The notes under the pieces were generated by a model. That model did not search any database. It saw only the letters and a program-made list of their open reading frames with translations, and was not told the origin of the DNA. From an uncultured Chthonomonadaceae bacterium (GTDB taxonomy: Bacteria; Armatimonadota; Chthonomonadetes; Chthonomonadales; Chthonomonadaceae): DNA of 33,897 nt. Shown here piece after piece: positions 16,460-26,482 of this stretch. The position numbers were made by a program, and so were the translations under genes. The stretch lies in assembly GCA_963835065.1 (NCBI GenBank), contig CAWIEK010000004.1, positions 1 to 33,897 on the forward strand. Reading direction: 5' to 3'. Numbering within the stretch: position 1 is the stretch's first letter; each line of letters begins with the position of its first letter.

Positions 16460-19400
16460 TTATGGCTTTACCTGCGACAGTTCCGTTTTGGTACGCTCGA
16501 TTTCGGCGGTTACGCCCTCATCTATGCGCAGTTTAGGCGCGAGTTGGTCGAACTGCGCCAGAGCGCTGCGGGCGGCGGGATAGTCCTTCAAGCGCAGGCA
16601 GGCGTAGGCGAGCGCGTCAAGGGCGGTGCAGCGCTCTTCGGGCGTGGCGCTTTTGTCGGCGATGATGGCCTCGGCTCCCGCGCGCAATTCCGCAAACTTG
16701 CCCGTCCGTCCCAACGTCCACAGCGTGGTGACGCGATTGGTGTTGCCCGGATGATTGCCGGATTGTGGCGGCGTAACCGGAACCGCGTTGTCTACCACGT
16801 CGAGATGCAGGTCATCCATCCAGATGCGTCCTTTGCCGCGTATATGGAAGCCGAAAATCAGCATTGTCGCGTTCTGCGGCACATCGAACACATAACCGGC
16901 CTGCGTCCAGTCGCGCGTTCCTTTCTCCTGCCCAGCCCACCCCTGACTGTCGTTCTCATCACTCGTGACGACAGTGGCAAACAACCCGCCGCTACCCGTA
17001 ACGTCCTGCTGTTTCACAAACGCCTGCAGCCGGACGCGCTTGCCGCGATACTGGTCGGCGCGGATGCGCTGCGCGACGGCGGCGCCTTGCACGGTCTTTT
17101 GCGATTTGCCTTCAATCGTGGGAACGGCAATGTCGGGGCGCCGGCCCTGCGCGTCTTTGGCGATGCGGTAGTCGCTGACGTCATACCGCTCCCATTGTTT
17201 CCAATCCTGCTTGAAGTCCAGATTGACGGGCTGCAAGGGCAAGAGCGCTGTTTCCCGGTTGGAAGCCTCCTGTTCCCGATTTTCGTTGCTGTCGGGGGGC
17301 GTGACCGGGGTTGTTCCCTCCACCACCTCGAATTGGAAGCCGTTGGCCCACACTTTGCCCCTGCCGCGTATGCTGGCCCCGAACATCAGGGTCAGGCAGT
17401 CCTGCGGCACGTCCACGACATACTCATAGCGCGTCCAATCCGTTGTGCCGCGTATGGGCTTGCTGTTCATGTCCCATGAAATGTTGCTTTTGGGCGTGAC
17501 GGCGACCAGCAGCAGGCCGGTGTAATCCTGAATGTCTGCCGTTTTCAGATAGCCGCTGAACCGGACGCGCTTGCCGCGCAGGGTTTCGGGCTGAAAGTCC
17601 TGCCGCAGCGCGCCGTACCCGATGGGAGCGGAAATTTTGTTTTGCAGGCGCGCGCTTTGTACGCCCTGATAGGTGACGGCGGAGTCGAGGCGCAGATCGT
17701 ACTCCTCGTTGGGCGTGCCGTTGCCATTTGCCGAGCGCCCCCATCCGGTTAATCCCTGCTTGAAGTTCAGATTGGTGGGTTCCACAGACTTACGCCTGAA
17801 CCGGGCGTCGTAGTCGGGTTTGGAAAGGGGGGTATCGTTGTCAACAATCTCCAGTCTCACTTCGGCGACGGACGTTTTGCCCCGGCCCGCCATGCTGATA
17901 CCGAACTGCATCCCCTGCGCGTCGGCGGGAACATCCAGCGTGTACTCATAGCGCTTCCAATCGGTTGTGCCGATGATGGGCTTGTCCAGACTGTTCCAGG
18001 CTTTTTGGCCCCGCGCATAATCCAGCCGCAGCCACAGGGACGCGCCGCCTGCAGTATCCTGCGTTTTCATCGCCGCGCTGAACCGAATCCGCTTGCCCCG
18101 GTAAGCGTCGGCGCGAACCCTCTGTTCAAGCAAGGCTTCGGTGTTGATTTTACCGGGCAGGGGCGTCAGGGTCGCGCTTGCCAGTCCTGCGCCCGGCCCG
18201 TTCGCCTCGACTGCCGCCAAATAGTTATTTGCGCCCGGAATACCGGGGGAATTGCCGCGCACTTCTTCTTTCTGCCAGCCCTGCAACCCCTGCGCGAAGT
18301 CCAGGTTTGTGGCCGCGAGGGGCGCAGCAGCCCAATCCGCGCCGGAACCGGGATTGAACAGCGTTTTGGGTTCCGCCTGTTTGGACGGGCGCGCGGGTTT
18401 GGGCGCGGCGGACACAAGTTTCCAGGGTACGAGCGTTGCCAACCCGCCCAGAGCCAGCAGCGTGAAGCCGGCCAGAAGACGGCGGCGCGAAACGGGAGCC
18501 GATGTTTGCAGCATGACAATTCTCCTTTTCAGCGTATCGAAATGCGGGCTGACGCCCAGGGCGACACCCAGGCCGGACTGCGCCGGGCGCGTTCCCAATT
18601 GAAGCAGCAGCCGCCCGTAAACATCCGGGGGCGTTTGCGTGACCTGCACGGCAAGCGCGTCGCAGGCGGCTTCGGAAGCCAGATGGTACTCGCGGCAGGC
18701 AAGCCAGGCGGGCGGAAAGAACCAGAACAACATGCGCGCCAACACCGGAACCGGAGCCTGCCATAAATCGCGCCGTTTCAAATGCCCCAGTTCATGCGCC
18801 AGCAGCGCGCGTTTTTCGGCGTCGGACAGGCCGGCAAGATGCGCGTCACCGAACACAAGCGCGGGCCGCAAAATGCCGACAACAAAGGGGCAGGTATCGG
18901 CGTTCACCCGCAGCAGGCGCGGCAATCTGCGCAGGCCAAGCGAATTCGCCACTTCCCGCGCCTGCGAAATCAAGTCTGCCTCTGCAATCGGCGTTGCCTG
19001 CCGGACAATGCGCCGAACAAAGCGCAGTTGACGCGCCATCACAACACAGCAGGCCAACACCCCGACCAGCCACGCCAGCAGCCCACAAGCCAGCAGTGAA
19101 GGCCGTGCCACAGCAGGAGCAGGCGCAGCGGAAACCACGTTATCGCGCGCAATCGGGGCAGCCTGACCATACGGCTTTGCGTGAGAAACGAGTGTCGTCA
19201 GCAGGTTTGAAGTAAAACCCGCGCTGTCACTCACCGGCGCTTGCGCCACAATCGGCGGGGAAGCCAGAACGGGTACGCGAACAGGGGCCACCCACGCCAG
19301 CCCCAACAGCAATTTGACACAGGTAAGCCACCAGAGCGCGCTGCGCAGGGAAGCAGGCAGGCGCGGCAGGCATCGCATCACCAGCCACACGGCCAGTATC

Positions 19401-19468
19401 AGCAATCCGCCCTGCCAACACGCCCGCCACAACAGCGGAGAAACCGTTTGCGCCCACGTATTCAGCAT
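16460..19468 (-). CDS. BlaR1/MecR1-type M56 metallopeptidase sensor with three repeated beta-sandwich domains and a helical C-terminus
   Basis: It has N-terminal TMs, PFVVGILRP, LAHELGHLKRRD (HExxH) and EAACD. Three modules each contain NL[DN]F...W and RGKR[IV]R. The RBS GGAGG precedes MLNTWAQ. Confidence 0.92.
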   Translation of the reverse strand: MLNTWAQTVSPLLWRACWQGGLLILAVWLVMRCLPRLPASLRSALWWLTCVKLLLGLAWVAPVRVPVLASPPIVAQAPVSDSAGFTSNLLTTLVSHAKPYGQAAPIARDNVVSAAPAPAVARPSLLACGLLAWLVGVLACCVVMARQLRFVRRIVRQATPIAEADLISQAREVANSLGLRRLPRLLRVNADTCPFVVGILRPALVFGDAHLAGLSDAEKRALLAHELGHLKRRDLWQAPVPVLARMLFWFFPPAWLACREYHLASEAACDALAVQVTQTPPDVYGRLLLQLGTRPAQSGLGVALGVSPHFDTLKRRIVMLQTSAPVSRRRLLAGFTLLALGGLATLVPWKLVSAAPKPARPSKQAEPKTLFNPGSGADWAAAPLAATNLDFAQGLQGWQKEEVRGNSPGIPGANNYLAAVEANGPGAGLASATLTPLPGKINTEALLEQRVRADAYRGKRIRFSAAMKTQDTAGGASLWLRLDYARGQKAWNSLDKPIIGTTDWKRYEYTLDVPADAQGMQFGISMAGRGKTSVAEVRLEIVDNDTPLSKPDYDARFRRKSVEPTNLNFKQGLTGWGRSANGNGTPNEEYDLRLDSAVTYQGVQSARLQNKISAPIGYGALRQDFQPETLRGKRVRFSGYLKTADIQDYTGLLLVAVTPKSNISWDMNSKPIRGTTDWTRYEYVVDVPQDCLTLMFGASIRGRGKVWANGFQFEVVEGTTPVTPPDSNENREQEASNRETALLPLQPVNLDFKQDWKQWERYDVSDYRIAKDAQGRRPDIAVPTIEGKSQKTVQGAAVAQRIRADQYRGKRVRLQAFVKQQDVTGSGGLFATVVTSDENDSQGWAGQEKGTRDWTQAGYVFDVPQNATMLIFGFHIRGKGRIWMDDLHLDVVDNAVPVTPPQSGNHPGNTNRVTTLWTLGRTGKFAELRAGAEAIIADKSATPEERCTALDALAYACLRLKDYPAARSALAQFDQLAPKLRIDEGVTAEIERTKTELSQVKP

Positions 19469-19501
19469 TGCAATCCCTCCAGTATTTCCAGCCACGTCCG
19501 T

Positions 19502-19623
19502 TGAGGCATTAGGCATTAGGCATTAGGAACCATTCCAGCAGAATACCGTCGTCTAAAAACACGATACGTTTAAACCGACAATGAGCAACCTAATGCCTAA
19601 TATGCCTAATGCCTAATGCCTCA
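19502..19623. repeat. GGCATTA heptamer hairpin element (family A, copy 2) between blaI and blaR1
   Basis: TGAGGCATTAGGCATTAGGCATTAGG is inverted against CCTAATGCCTAATATGCCTAATGCCTAATGCCTCA. Confidence 0.9.
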
Positions 19624-19624
19624 T

Positions 19625-20152
19625 CTACTTCTCTTCCCCCGCTTGCAGTTTGCCAATGAGACGTTCCAGTTCGGCGACTTCCTGCGGTGAAAGTTTGTCG
19701 CTGCTGGCGAAATAGCGCACGAACGGAGACAGCGACCCCGCAAGCGTTTTTTCCACGAAGCGGCGCACCACGCCGCCCATCAATTCTTCCTGCGCGACGG
19801 GGCAGGAGTAGCGAAACACGTCGTTGTGCTTCTTGCGCGTCAGATACCCTTTTTTGCGCAGGCGCTCCATCACGGTGACAATCGTGCTGCGCGACAAGTT
19901 CTGCGGCGCTCCGAACCCTTCCGCCGCTTCCCCAACCGTGACGGCTTCGCGGGCGGCAATGTAGCGCAGCAGCGCGAGTTCCTGGTCTCCGAGTGAAAGT
20001 TCACTGGAAGGTTGATTGGAAGTCGCGTGGGACGGTTCATTGGCCGCCGCGTCAGCATGTTTGTTGCCGGATTCCTCGGCAGGCGTAGCGCCGGGATTCG
20101 GTTCAGGCGGAATGTCAGGCGTCCGGGCCGGTTTTAGATCAGGTTTCAACAT
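19625..20152 (-). CDS. BlaI/MecI/CopY family transcriptional repressor
   Basis: It contains LGDQELALL, STIVTVMERLRKKGYL, FRY and FVEKTLAGSLSPFV, and lies directly upstream of the M56 gene. Confidence 0.93.
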   Translation of the reverse strand: MLKPDLKPARTPDIPPEPNPGATPAEESGNKHADAAANEPSHATSNQPSSELSLGDQELALLRYIAAREAVTVGEAAEGFGAPQNLSRSTIVTVMERLRKKGYLTRKKHNDVFRYSCPVAQEELMGGVVRRFVEKTLAGSLSPFVRYFASSDKLSPQEVAELERLIGKLQAGEEK

Positions 20153-20173
20153 TGGTTTCCTCTCTGCGAACAA

Positions 20174-20223
20174 TCTACAAGTGTAGACAGGAGAGTATAC
20201 ACCATGTTTACGCTTGTAGACAA
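20174..20223 (-). promoter_or_regulatory. blaI promoter with two BlaI/CopY-type operators
   Basis: TCTACAAGTGTAGA (20174-20187, a perfect TACAnnTGTA) and GTTTACGCTTGTAGAC (20206-20221) flank a -10 TATACT (20194-20199). A -35 TTGTCT lies at 20218-20223. Confidence 0.85.
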
Positions 20224-20246
20224 GGGGGTTGACAACTTTTTTCAGA

Positions 20247-20330
20247 AATGAGGAATGAGGAGTGATGAGTGATGAATACAATGCCGAATCCCATTCATCA
20301 CTCATCATTCATCATTCATCATTCATCATT
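20247..20330. repeat. TGATGAG/A heptamer hairpin element (family B, copy 2)
   Basis: AATGAGGAATGAGGAGTGATGAGTGATGAAT, a 15-nt loop, then ATTCATCACTCATCATTCATCATTCATCATT..., next to a stop codon. Confidence 0.88.
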
Positions 20331-20331
20331 G

Positions 20332-21258
20332 TTATGGCTGTTGAGACAGGGCTTGCAGCAGATGGTTGCAGGCAGGCTGAGGATTTTGCAGGGTAAAGTA
20401 GGGCAGGAAGTGGCGGGCGACGGCGCGGTTCACGGCTTTGTCGGCGCGGGCGGATTCGAGGCTGGACTCATGCAGCAGCCATTGCGCGTTTTCGACCACG
20501 TTGAGCAGAAAAGGCGGGATGTGCAGTACGGTTTGCGACAGGGCGCTGATGGTGAGATGTTCGATTTGGTTGGTGTTTTTGGGATCGCGGATGTAGCCGG
20601 GATGGAAGCCGGACAAGCCCCACACAGCGTCCACGCCGATCTCGGTTCCGGTATGATAATGCCACATTTCCACGACGTTGAAGCGCGCCCAGTAGGAATG
20701 GGTGTAAGCGTCCCGGTGAAGATGTGGAATCTGGCGGTTGGTTCCGGTTGCCACCTGCTGCCACAGAAAAATGGCCTGCTGCTCGCGGGACAGGCGAGGG
20801 CGCGTTGCCGTCATAACAAGCGGATGCTCGCCCCGAACATAGTTTGCGCTTTCACGCAGCAGCATTAGAACCGTTGCCACCGCCGTTGTCGCATTGTTGT
20901 TCTGCTTGAACGCTTCCAAATGCCCATAGCAGCGCGCCAGAAACGACACATAAGGCTGATAAGGCAACGCGGCCAGCGCATGGACAAGCGCGTACTCGTC
21001 CAGTCCGACGGCCTGCATGACCGGGGTACGCGCATCCCAAAAATCAACCGGCAGCGCAACATGCTGCGCTTGAGTCAGTATGGAGAGAATGTGCAGGTCA
21101 TCGGCGTACCGCGCCAGTATTTTGCCGCTTGCCTGCCCCTGTTGCCAGCGCTTTCGGTGCATTGCAATGCCGGTTGAGCGCAGTCGGCTGTCCGCACTTA
21201 GCCCGACTGCGCGCAGGGCTTCTTCAATGGCGTTCCATTCTTGTGTGTTGTTCGTCAT
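20332..21258 (-). CDS. Hypothetical protein
   Basis: This long open frame fills the gap downstream of the dioxygenase and has no recognised motif. The start may be 21258 or 21321. Confidence 0.6.
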   Translation of the reverse strand: MTNNTQEWNAIEEALRAVGLSADSRLRSTGIAMHRKRWQQGQASGKILARYADDLHILSILTQAQHVALPVDFWDARTPVMQAVGLDEYALVHALAALPYQPYVSFLARCYGHLEAFKQNNNATTAVATVLMLLRESANYVRGEHPLVMTATRPRLSREQQAIFLWQQVATGTNRQIPHLHRDAYTHSYWARFNVVEMWHYHTGTEIGVDAVWGLSGFHPGYIRDPKNTNQIEHLTISALSQTVLHIPPFLLNVVENAQWLLHESSLESARADKAVNRAVARHFLPYFTLQNPQPACNHLLQALSQQP

Positions 21259-21283
21259 AATCAGGCGCGTTGCAAAAACACCG

Positions 21284-22099
21284 TTAATGTTTGCGGGCAA
21301 ACTGTGGGAAGAGTTCGTCATGGATTTTGGCGGGCTGTGAGAGATGCCGCAGGCGCTGCTCGCTTGCCGTATCCAGCATCAGGGGAAAGAACATCCCCGC
21401 GCCCGTATCCACCTTGTAGCCGCCGGGCGAATGAACGCTGATGTAGCGCCGCCCCAATTCCTGTTCCTCTTCGGTGTGGCAATGCCGGATGCAGTTCATG
21501 GTGAACATGCGTCGCCGCGTACCGCCGCCCCACGCGGAATGGTAGGTATCGTGGTTAAAAAGGACTAAATCTCCGGGCGTGGTTTCCAGTGCGACATTGC
21601 CGGGAAAATCACGGGGCGCGATCCCGAACATTTCCTGCGCTTTGTTCGGGTTGATGGCCTGCCTGCGAATAAGATGCTCCGGGTCCTGACTGCCCGGCAG
21701 GACGCGCAGGCAGCCGGTGTCGCGGGTCAGAGGGTCAAGGTAAAAGGCGGCCTTAACCGCAAACAATTCGCCCCAGTTGCCATCGGGGTGCCAGGGCGTA
21801 TCTCCGGTATAATAGTTGCCGTCGCCGCTGCAATAATTGAAATCCTCGCCCAGCAGACTGCCGAGAATTTCCAGCAGGCGCGGATCATCGAGGAGCGAGC
21901 AGAGTTTTTCCGTCCGTTCAATGGGAGCGCCCATCATCGTGCGCGCCGACCCGTCGTGCTTCTGCCCGCCTCCATACGCTTGAATGGCCGTTTCAAATTC
22001 TTCAGTAATCCACGCCATTTCGTCGGGAGAAAACAGCGCGGGGAACATCACGTACCCGAATGTGCTAAAAAATTGCTTTTGCGATGCCGTAACCTGCAT
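21284..22099 (-). CDS. Phytanoyl-CoA dioxygenase (PhyH) family 2OG-Fe(II) enzyme
   Basis: Motifs FFSTFGY, WHPD (HxD), GCLRVLPGS, PGDLVLF and HSAWGG..RR are present. The RBS is GGAGG. Confidence 0.9.
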   Translation of the reverse strand: MQVTASQKQFFSTFGYVMFPALFSPDEMAWITEEFETAIQAYGGGQKHDGSARTMMGAPIERTEKLCSLLDDPRLLEILGSLLGEDFNYCSGDGNYYTGDTPWHPDGNWGELFAVKAAFYLDPLTRDTGCLRVLPGSQDPEHLIRRQAINPNKAQEMFGIAPRDFPGNVALETTPGDLVLFNHDTYHSAWGGGTRRRMFTMNCIRHCHTEEEQELGRRYISVHSPGGYKVDTGAGMFFPLMLDTASEQRLRHLSQPAKIHDELFPQFARKH

Positions 22100-22262
22100 G
22101 GAGTGCCTCCTTTGGTTCTTCACAAGCGTCTGGTATCATGCGGGCGAGGAACCCGTTCGTTCTCATTCGGAAGACAGTTCTGTTTACCGCGCGTCTTTCC
22201 CTGCCTTTCTTGCGCAGCCGCGCTTGCTTTTTCGCTCGTCCTTTTCTTTTTGGAATCCTGCC

Positions 22263-25200
22263 ATGAATATTTCCAATATTAACTTTCGCGCTTTCAGGCG
22301 CTTTCTCGCGCTCAGCCTGCTGCTCTGGATGCTTGCGCCGGTACGCAGCGCAGGCGCGCAGGGTGTGCAGAAGGACTACAAAGCGCCCACTATCGTGATT
22401 CCCTACGCCTGGAAAAAGCCGACGCTTGACGGCAGCATACACGAGGACGAGTGGCAGGGCGCGGTCAGTTTGAACGCGCTGCAAACCACCGCAAAGTCTG
22501 TCAGCGCGCGGCAAACGCGCTTCTGGCTGATGTGGGACGAGGACAATTTGTATATGGCGATGCGCTCGCCCCTGCGACCGGGCGAGCGGCTGATACAGGC
22601 GCTCCGGGAACGCGGCCACGATGTAAACGCTGTCTTTGACGACTCGTATGAAATCTGGCTGGATGTGGGAACGCGCAGCGCGGACGGGCAGCCCGTGTTT
22701 TTCCAGTATCTTTCCAACTTCGCGGGTGCTCGATGGGACGTGATGCAGGAACCTGCAGTTGGAAACTCGCGCCTGAGTTGGACGGCGGGCTGGAAGCCGC
22801 GCAATCATCTCACGCCCGACGGCAAGTTCTGGGAAATGGAACTGGCGATCCCGCGCCGAAGCCTGTACAAAGACACGCCGTTTCGGGATGGCTTCGCCTT
22901 TTTGGGACTGCTGGCGCGCAACTTCAAGCGCCCCTGGGATCAGGTGACGATAGCCGGGAGCGGCAGTTTTTCCGTCCGCGAAACCTACGCCCGGTGTGTT
23001 CTTGCCAAAAACGCGCCCGCGATTCACCTGCTTTCGGTTGGCGACCCGACAGCGCAAACTTTTGGATTGACGCTGGCCGCTTACGAGCAGGATGGGCAAG
23101 GCGCGCAAACGCTGCGGTGGCGTTTTGACAGCGACAGCAATGTTCACGAGACGGGCGCGCTTGTCGCGCAGCCCGGCAAACTTACGATTCTTCCGCCCAA
23201 TCTCGCTCTGGATCGGGCAGGAACGGGCGCGTTTCGGATACAGGTTTATGCCCCGGACGGCAAAACGGTTTATCTGGATTGGAGCGCGAAACGGGAATGG
23301 GGCGGGCTGGAAGCGCTGGCGCAGCCGCTTCAAGATACCGGGGATCGGATTGATCTGACGCTTGCTTTAAACCCGGCGCGGGACTATCTGCGCGTGAGCG
23401 GCGACTTTATCAACTACGATGCGCGGGGCACAATCGCGCGCTGCGATGTGACTGCGCGGGACAGTCAGGGGCGCGTCCTTGCCTGGAAAGAAGTGCGATT
23501 AGATGCGCTCGCGTACGCGCGGGACGTTCTGACGCTTCCTCACCTATTACCCGGCATGTATTCGGCGGAACTAACGGCCTATGACAAAAGCGGCCACGCC
23601 CTGCTGACGCGCAGAACGGAATTTGAGAAGAAAGACCCTTCCATAGCGTTCCCCTGGTGGAATACCACGATGGGAAACGCCGACAAAGTCCTTGCGCCCT
23701 GGACGCCCGTACAATACGCAAAGGGGCGCTTCAACGTATGGGAACGCGAAATGACCGTTGGGGAAGCGGGACTGCCGACGCGGATACGGACGCAGGGGCA
23801 GGACCTTCTTGCGCAGCCCATGACGCTGATTGCGCAAATGGCGGACGGAACCACGCGGCAGGCAAAGGGCATACGCTTGCGGACGATTTCACAGCAGCCG
23901 AACCGCGCGGTTGTGGAGGTTCAAAGCCGCCTGGGGAACATCGCGATTCAAAGCCTCGTCACGGTCGAATACGACGGCATGATGAAAATCGAGATGCGGC
24001 TCACTCCCGAACAGGCGACAACGCTCCGTTCGCTGCGGCTGGTCGCGCCCTTGCGCCCCGAAATCGCCGATTATCTTCATGCGTGTGGCGAAGGTATCCG
24101 CTACGGCTTCGATTATCGGTTTTTGCCGAAAGCCAAGCAGGGGCGTTTGTGGGACTCGCGCTCGGTGGATGGGCAGCCGATGCAGGTCGGCTCGTTCCTG
24201 CCGTATGTATGGGTGGGAAATCCCGGCGCGGGGCTGTGCTGGTTCGCGGACAGCGACGAGGGCTGGGAGCCGAACAACAAAGTTCCCGCGATTGAAGTAC
24301 GCCGCGAGTCCGTTCGCAGCGCCGATCTCGTTCTGAACCTTATCGGCGCGGCAACCACGCTGAAGCGCTCGCGCCGCCTCGTGTTCGCGTTTCAGGCGAC
24401 TCCCACCCGCCCGCTGTTTCCGGGCTGGCGCATGGATACCTGGGGAACGAGCGATACTTTCAAAGATTGGGCGCAGGTGGAATCCAAAGGCAAGGCGGGC
24501 AATATGGGGCTGATTTTCGGCTCCATTCCTTTTCCGCTCGACCCGGAAGTGAGCCGCGCAATGGTTCAGGCGCGTCACAAAGAAGCGAGTTCGATTTTAG
24601 GCGCGGCCAGTCCCAAATACCGCGCTAACGCCGTGCCCTACTTTGAGCATATCAACATGGGCGAGCAGTTCGCGCCCGAACTGCGCTATTTTGACGAGGA
24701 ATGGCGAACGCGCGTCAGTCGCGGGCTTTCGTATGGCAAAACGCTGGCGGATTACATGGTGTATCACGTCGGGCAGTGGGCGCGCGACTGCGGGATTGAC
24801 GGCTTTTATCTGGACAACGTGTACCCGATTGCCGATGACAACCTGGAAGCGGGACGCGGGTATCGGCTGCCGGACGGGCGCGTTCAGCCCGCTTATCAGA
24901 TGTTTGACACGCGCCGCTATCTGCTGCGCCTGCGCGCCGCGCTTGCCGAACAGGGCAAGCAGGATAAGTTTGTCCTGCACATCACGAACCATATCATCGC
25001 GCCCTGGATCGGCGCGGCGGATATTGCGCTGGACGGCGAACACCATGTCATTTACCCCGAAATGAACAAAGATTTCATGGATTTCTGGTCGCTGGAGCGC
25101 CTGCGCGTGGACGATCCGGCGACATGGGGCGTGGCGGTCAACTTCTTGCAGGAGTATCAGGGCGCGTGGGAACCGCAGCAACTGAAAAAGGCGATGCGGG

Positions 25201-25622
25201 CGTACACGGGAATGCAGTTGCTTCAGGACACGCTGGCTTCCGCCAACGCCAACGGCCTGAACCCGGAAGTGTGGCAGGGGCGCGAGCGTTTCGGCATCAC
25301 GCGCCCCGGTATTCGTTTCCTCGCCTACTGGGAAAAAGCAAGCGGGCTGCAAAGCGAAGCCAAACAGGTGTATGTTTCCGGCTGGCTGGCTCCCGGCGCT
25401 CCGGGCAAATCCGGCAGGCTGCTGCTGGCCGTCGTCAACACAGGGGAGAAAACCAACGCTTCCGTTCAGATTGACGCGAAGCGCCTTGCCCTGCCGGAGA
25501 CGAGCCACTGGCGCGTTTATGACGCCGAAACGCTGGAACCGCTTACCGTAAGCGCGTCCGGCAGGCTGGACCTGTCATTGGAAAGGCACGATTACCGACA
25601 GGTCATTCTTGAAACGCAGTGA
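22263..25622 (+). CDS. Large secreted putative glycoside hydrolase (CBM9/DOMON-like N-terminus, DUF6067-like barrel region)
   Basis: A signal peptide (..SAGA|QG) is followed by PTLDGSIHEDEW, WDEDNLY and WEMELAIP (CBM9-like), with GIDGFYLDN and LDGE further on. Confidence 0.7.
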   Translation: MNISNINFRAFRRFLALSLLLWMLAPVRSAGAQGVQKDYKAPTIVIPYAWKKPTLDGSIHEDEWQGAVSLNALQTTAKSVSARQTRFWLMWDEDNLYMAMRSPLRPGERLIQALRERGHDVNAVFDDSYEIWLDVGTRSADGQPVFFQYLSNFAGARWDVMQEPAVGNSRLSWTAGWKPRNHLTPDGKFWEMELAIPRRSLYKDTPFRDGFAFLGLLARNFKRPWDQVTIAGSGSFSVRETYARCVLAKNAPAIHLLSVGDPTAQTFGLTLAAYEQDGQGAQTLRWRFDSDSNVHETGALVAQPGKLTILPPNLALDRAGTGAFRIQVYAPDGKTVYLDWSAKREWGGLEALAQPLQDTGDRIDLTLALNPARDYLRVSGDFINYDARGTIARCDVTARDSQGRVLAWKEVRLDALAYARDVLTLPHLLPGMYSAELTAYDKSGHALLTRRTEFEKKDPSIAFPWWNTTMGNADKVLAPWTPVQYAKGRFNVWEREMTVGEAGLPTRIRTQGQDLLAQPMTLIAQMADGTTRQAKGIRLRTISQQPNRAVVEVQSRLGNIAIQSLVTVEYDGMMKIEMRLTPEQATTLRSLRLVAPLRPEIADYLHACGEGIRYGFDYRFLPKAKQGRLWDSRSVDGQPMQVGSFLPYVWVGNPGAGLCWFADSDEGWEPNNKVPAIEVRRESVRSADLVLNLIGAATTLKRSRRLVFAFQATPTRPLFPGWRMDTWGTSDTFKDWAQVESKGKAGNMGLIFGSIPFPLDPEVSRAMVQARHKEASSILGAASPKYRANAVPYFEHINMGEQFAPELRYFDEEWRTRVSRGLSYGKTLADYMVYHVGQWARDCGIDGFYLDNVYPIADDNLEAGRGYRLPDGRVQPAYQMFDTRRYLLRLRAALAEQGKQDKFVLHITNHIIAPWIGAADIALDGEHHVIYPEMNKDFMDFWSLERLRVDDPATWGVAVNFLQEYQGAWEPQQLKKAMRAYTGMQLLQDTLASANANGLNPEVWQGRERFGITRPGIRFLAYWEKASGLQSEAKQVYVSGWLAPGAPGKSGRLLLAVVNTGEKTNASVQIDAKRLALPETSHWRVYDAETLEPLTVSASGRLDLSLERHDYRQVILETQ

Positions 25623-25638
25623 GAGTCACTCTCACCCG

Positions 25639-25690
25639 GCCCTCAACCCCTTCTCTCAACTTTGGAAGAAGGGGAACCTGTTGGGATAGG
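25639..25690. repeat. Family H palindromic repeat, copy 2, between convergent genes
   Basis: GCCCTCAACCCCTTCTCTCAACTTTGGAAGAAGGGGAACCTGTTGGGATAGG. Confidence 0.7.
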
Positions 25691-25716
25691 TTCTAAGAGA
25701 GTACCCAATTAACACC

Positions 25717-26430
25717 TCATGGAACGTTCTTCGCGCACTCCGCGCAGATTGTATCCAATGCGCCGAGCAGTTCCGGCAGAAATTCCGTCGTGTAGGAGCC
25801 TGTCTCGAATATCTCCCCCGCCCGCGTCAGTCTGTAGAACTGCCAGTTCTGCCCGTTGCTGACGATGCCATAAATGTCAATGTCCAGCCCGCGTTGTTGA
25901 TTGCTCCAACGACAGGCCGCCATTTCCGCCAGACACTGAACGCGCCCCCTTGCAAAATCATCCTTTTTGGCTTCGGCAACACAGAGCAGAGGCGTTGCCA
26001 TGTATGCCCGTTTCGGCGCAATCACGTAATCCGCCACACCCGTTGTTGTGTCCGTGTTCAGTATTGCCTCTTTCCAGACCTTCAGTTTTTTATGCGCAGG
26101 TACGATTTCCACAAACAGCGCGTCAATCAGCAGGGTTTTCGCAGGTTCCGAGGATTGCAGGTCAAAGAACTCGAAGCGGCTTAAAATGTCTTTCAAGGTC
26201 TCGCCGGGCGGGCGTGGCTGCGCATGGAGATGCCATGCGGTCAGGCTCTCCCTTCCCAGCAACCCCATTGCCTGTTCCAGCGTCATGGCGGAATAGTTTT
26301 GTTTTTGTTTCGGCGCGGGCTTCATCCGACTCATGTCCGATCCAGTGCTTGCGTTAGTATCAACATACATCTTGATCGTTGAAAGTCTATCAGGCGGCGT
26401 CTGTTGGGAAAGGCTGTTCTCGTAAGCCAT
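25717..26430 (-). CDS. PD-(D/E)XK-like (HsdR N-terminal-like) nuclease-fold protein
   Basis: It contains GVADYVIA, CVAEAKKDDF, QCLAEM and YGIVSNGQNWQF. The true start may be 26334 or 26325. Confidence 0.7.
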   Translation of the reverse strand: MAYENSLSQQTPPDRLSTIKMYVDTNASTGSDMSRMKPAPKQKQNYSAMTLEQAMGLLGRESLTAWHLHAQPRPPGETLKDILSRFEFFDLQSSEPAKTLLIDALFVEIVPAHKKLKVWKEAILNTDTTTGVADYVIAPKRAYMATPLLCVAEAKKDDFARGRVQCLAEMAACRWSNQQRGLDIDIYGIVSNGQNWQFYRLTRAGEIFETGSYTTEFLPELLGALDTICAECAKNVP

Positions 26431-26482
26431 GCAAACGTTCGCGCGCTCTTTCCCAACACCCGGCGCCTGACACCCAACACCC

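Noticed and set aside
14585..16460. Possible tRNA-anchored genomic island
   Set aside because: No integrase is present and I saw no duplicated tRNA 3' end in the window.
891..26430. Methyltransferase plus PD-(D/E)XK protein as one restriction-modification system
   Set aside because: They are about 24 kb apart with unrelated genes between them, and there is no evidence of linkage.
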